A stretch of DNA of 62,606 nucleotides, filler included. It is 9 parts of 9 records of this genome, joined end to end, with 100 filler letters (N's around TTAATTAATTAA, not from the genome) between each part and the next. Parts side by side here need not be neighbours in the genome. Positions count along the whole stretch, not along the records: positions 53,206 to 62,606 come from SRR31147125_89300; 8 more parts are not named here. The stretch is one strand, 5' to 3'. Positions within the stretch are counted from its first letter, which is position 1. Each line of letters opens with the position of its first letter. This document shows, one piece after another, positions 60,803-62,606 of the stretch. Below the pieces are notes generated by a model. It did not search any database and was not told the origin of the DNA. It saw only the letters and a program-made list of their open reading frames with translations. A program made the position numbers and the translations under genes.

Positions 60803-61672
60803 TCAGTCGGTGATGATCGAGCGCCGGTAGTCGTAGTAAGCCTGGCGTGCTGCGATGTAGGGGTCGAGCGAGATCCGTTTCAATTCGTCGTACACGTCGG
60901 GGGTGATGGTCATCAGGTTGACCCTGCTCACACCGAGATAGACCATATCGGTTGCGAAACTCTCGGTGATATACGGAACCGGATGAACATACGCGTCACC
61001 GAAAAAGCCCGCCGTATCCCTGAGGTTGGACGGCCCAAGCAGCGGCAGACAGATATAGAACCCCTCACCGATTCCCCACTTGCCGAGCGTCTGGCCGAAA
61101 TCGGCAAGTCGCGGTTCGATATGGAAATCGCGGTAGGCGGAATCACCTAAACCGAAGACCCCGAGCGTACTGTTTATTAGAAACCGGCCGAGCACCACGC
61201 CTGCGTCCTCGAAATCGCCCTGCAGCACATTGTTGACAAACCGGATCGGAGCGGCCAGATTCGCAAATGCATTGCCGAGACAACGCCGGATGTCCTCAGG
61301 AAGAAGTGCGGAATAGACCTTTGTCGTCGGTTTCAGAACCCAGTAGTAGACCTTATCGTTAAAAACGAACATGGCCCGGTTGAACGGCGCGATAGGATCG
61401 TAGATGTCCGGGGGAATCTCGTTGAAGAAGAAGTCGTCCTCGAAAATCGGATCCCCGAGAACCTCGACCGGTTCATCAAGGTAGGGATCCTCGTCCAGCA
61501 GATTCGGCCCAAGCCCTTCACCGTCGAGATCGAGAAGCAGGTCGGGATACGGATTCTCAGAACTCGGATCGATATCCGCACCAAGGCCTCCACCAGCCTG
61601 TTCGGCCGCAAACGGAGCGGCAGGCCGGACCAGGATGACGGCAAACATCACTATCAGCGCAAGGTATCGCAC
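60803..61672 (-). CDS. mlaA: MlaA/VacJ family protein
   Basis: DPIAPFNRAMF, RFLINSTLG, DFGQTLG.WG, LGPSNLRD, DPY. Confidence 0.9.
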   Translation of the reverse strand: MRYLALIVMFAVILVRPAAPFAAEQAGGGLGADIDPSSENPYPDLLLDLDGEGLGPNLLDEDPYLDEPVEVLGDPIFEDDFFFNEIPPDIYDPIAPFNRAMFVFNDKVYYWVLKPTTKVYSALLPEDIRRCLGNAFANLAAPIRFVNNVLQGDFEDAGVVLGRFLINSTLGVFGLGDSAYRDFHIEPRLADFGQTLGKWGIGEGFYICLPLLGPSNLRDTAGFFGDAYVHPVPYITESFATDMVYLGVSRVNLMTITPDVYDELKRISLDPYIAARQAYYDYRRSIITD

Positions 61673-61868
61673 ATCCGGTTCATACGGTTCTGGTGGTCTG
61701 GTTTTCGTTCTGGTTTACTGTATCATCTGGCACTGCCGAAGGCAAATACGAAGATCGCCGAACAATAAGACATATCATCACAAAGTCAACCGGGACAAGG
61801 CCCGCCGGACAGGTTCACCAGTTGCGTCAATAATCATTTCATATCAAGTATATACACATCAATCCCTG

Positions 61869-62606
61869 CTATTGCATGCGGGGATCAAACGCCTCCCGCA
61901 GAGCCTCACCAATGAAAATCAGCAGGACAAGACTCCCGACCAGCACCGTGAATGTTGAAAGCGACAGCCACCATGCATCGATATTGGCCTTGCCCTGTGC
62001 GAGCAACTCCCCGAGACTCGGCGTCGACGGCGGCACGCCGAGGCCGAGGAAGTCCAGGCTGGTCAGTGCCAGGATCGAGGCTGACATCCGAAACGGCAGA
62101 AAGGTAATGACCGGCGTCATCCCGTTGGGGAGCAGGTGCCGGAACATGATCACCGGATTGGAGACCCCGAGTGCCCGGGCGGCGCGCACATAGTCCAGGT
62201 TCCTGCCGCGCAGGAATTCGGCCCGCACGTAGTCCGAGAGCCCCATCCAGCTGAACAAGGACAGCAGGATGAGGAGAAACAGGGCGCTCGGTTTGAAGAT
62301 CGACGCGAAGATGATGAGAAGGTAGAGCTCCGGCATCGACCCCCATATCTCGATAAATCGCTGGAAGAAGAGATCGGTCCTGCCCCCAAAATAGCCCTGC
62401 ACCGCGCCGCAGATGATGCCGATCAGCGTCCCGGTGGCGGTAAGCGCAAGCCCGAACAGGATCGACAGCCGGAAGCCGTACAGCAGCCGCGCAAACACGT
62501 CTCTGCCTCGATCATCGGTACCGAGGATATTGTCGGCAGTCGGCGGGGACGGAACCGGTGCGACGTCGTAGTTGATCGTGTCATGGTGGAAACGGTTAAG
62601 AGGAAA
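61869..62606 (-). CDS. Peptide (YejE-like) ABC transporter permease, 5' truncated
   Basis: LGTDDRGRDVFARLLYGFR, VRAEFLRGR, EAA-type loop, GEALREAFDPR. Confidence 0.88.
   Translation of the reverse strand, partial: FPLNRFHHDTINYDVAPVPSPPTADNILGTDDRGRDVFARLLYGFRLSILFGLALTATGTLIGIICGAVQGYFGGRTDLFFQRFIEIWGSMPELYLLIIFASIFKPSALFLLILLSLFSWMGLSDYVRAEFLRGRNLDYVRAARALGVSNPVIMFRHLLPNGMTPVITFLPFRMSASILALTSLDFLGLGVPPSTPSLGELLAQGKANIDAWWLSLSTFTVLVGSLVLLIFIGEALREAFDPRMQ

Overview
This window is not one locus. It is nine unrelated contigs joined by 100-nt N spacers carrying the six-frame-stop linker TTAATTAATTAA. The contigs are: (1) 1-6310, Desulfobacterales-like: hdrC/hdrB-like genes, a CxxCH-bearing PAS sensor kinase, a hybrid REC-kinase and a sigma54-driven lytic transglycosylase. 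(2) 6411-12761, Bacteroidetes: SDR, phosphoesterase, epimerase, an AAA_14/DUF4143 ATPase behind a 32-bp palindromic repeat array, a transglutaminase-like lipoprotein and a PNGase F-like gene. (3) 12862-18106, Clostridia: ccdA-TlpA fusion, typA, phosphoesterase, 6S RNA and partial tRNA-Val. (4) 18207-24253, deltaproteobacterial thrC-thrB-livKHMGF. (5) 24354-31439, Clostridia: spoIIR-sleB-ypeB and others. (6) 31540-38463, rocD-AGCS transporter-ctlX-rocB-like-argG. (7) 38564-46948, ftsH, a His-less kinase-like protein, GGDEF-EAL, PilZ, an internally deleted ppk1 relic and pstB. (8) 47049-53105, a zinc-ligand-less archaemetzincin-like protein, a PEP-CTERM-type protein, an MCP and a transglutaminase. 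(9) 53206-62606, a fatty-acid synthesis operon yceD-rpmF-plsX-fabH-acd-etfB-etfA(ferredoxin-fused)-fabG, plus mlaC/mlaA. The best candidate for an undescribed system is the acyl-CoA dehydrogenase/ETF module embedded in the fab operon where fabD normally sits. It may be an electron-bifurcating enoyl-thioester reductase serving FAS II. Many genes carry single-base frameshifts, mostly in short homopolymers, which look like sequencing errors. Taxonomic labels are inferred from composition and gene content, and family calls come from motif recognition without database searches.
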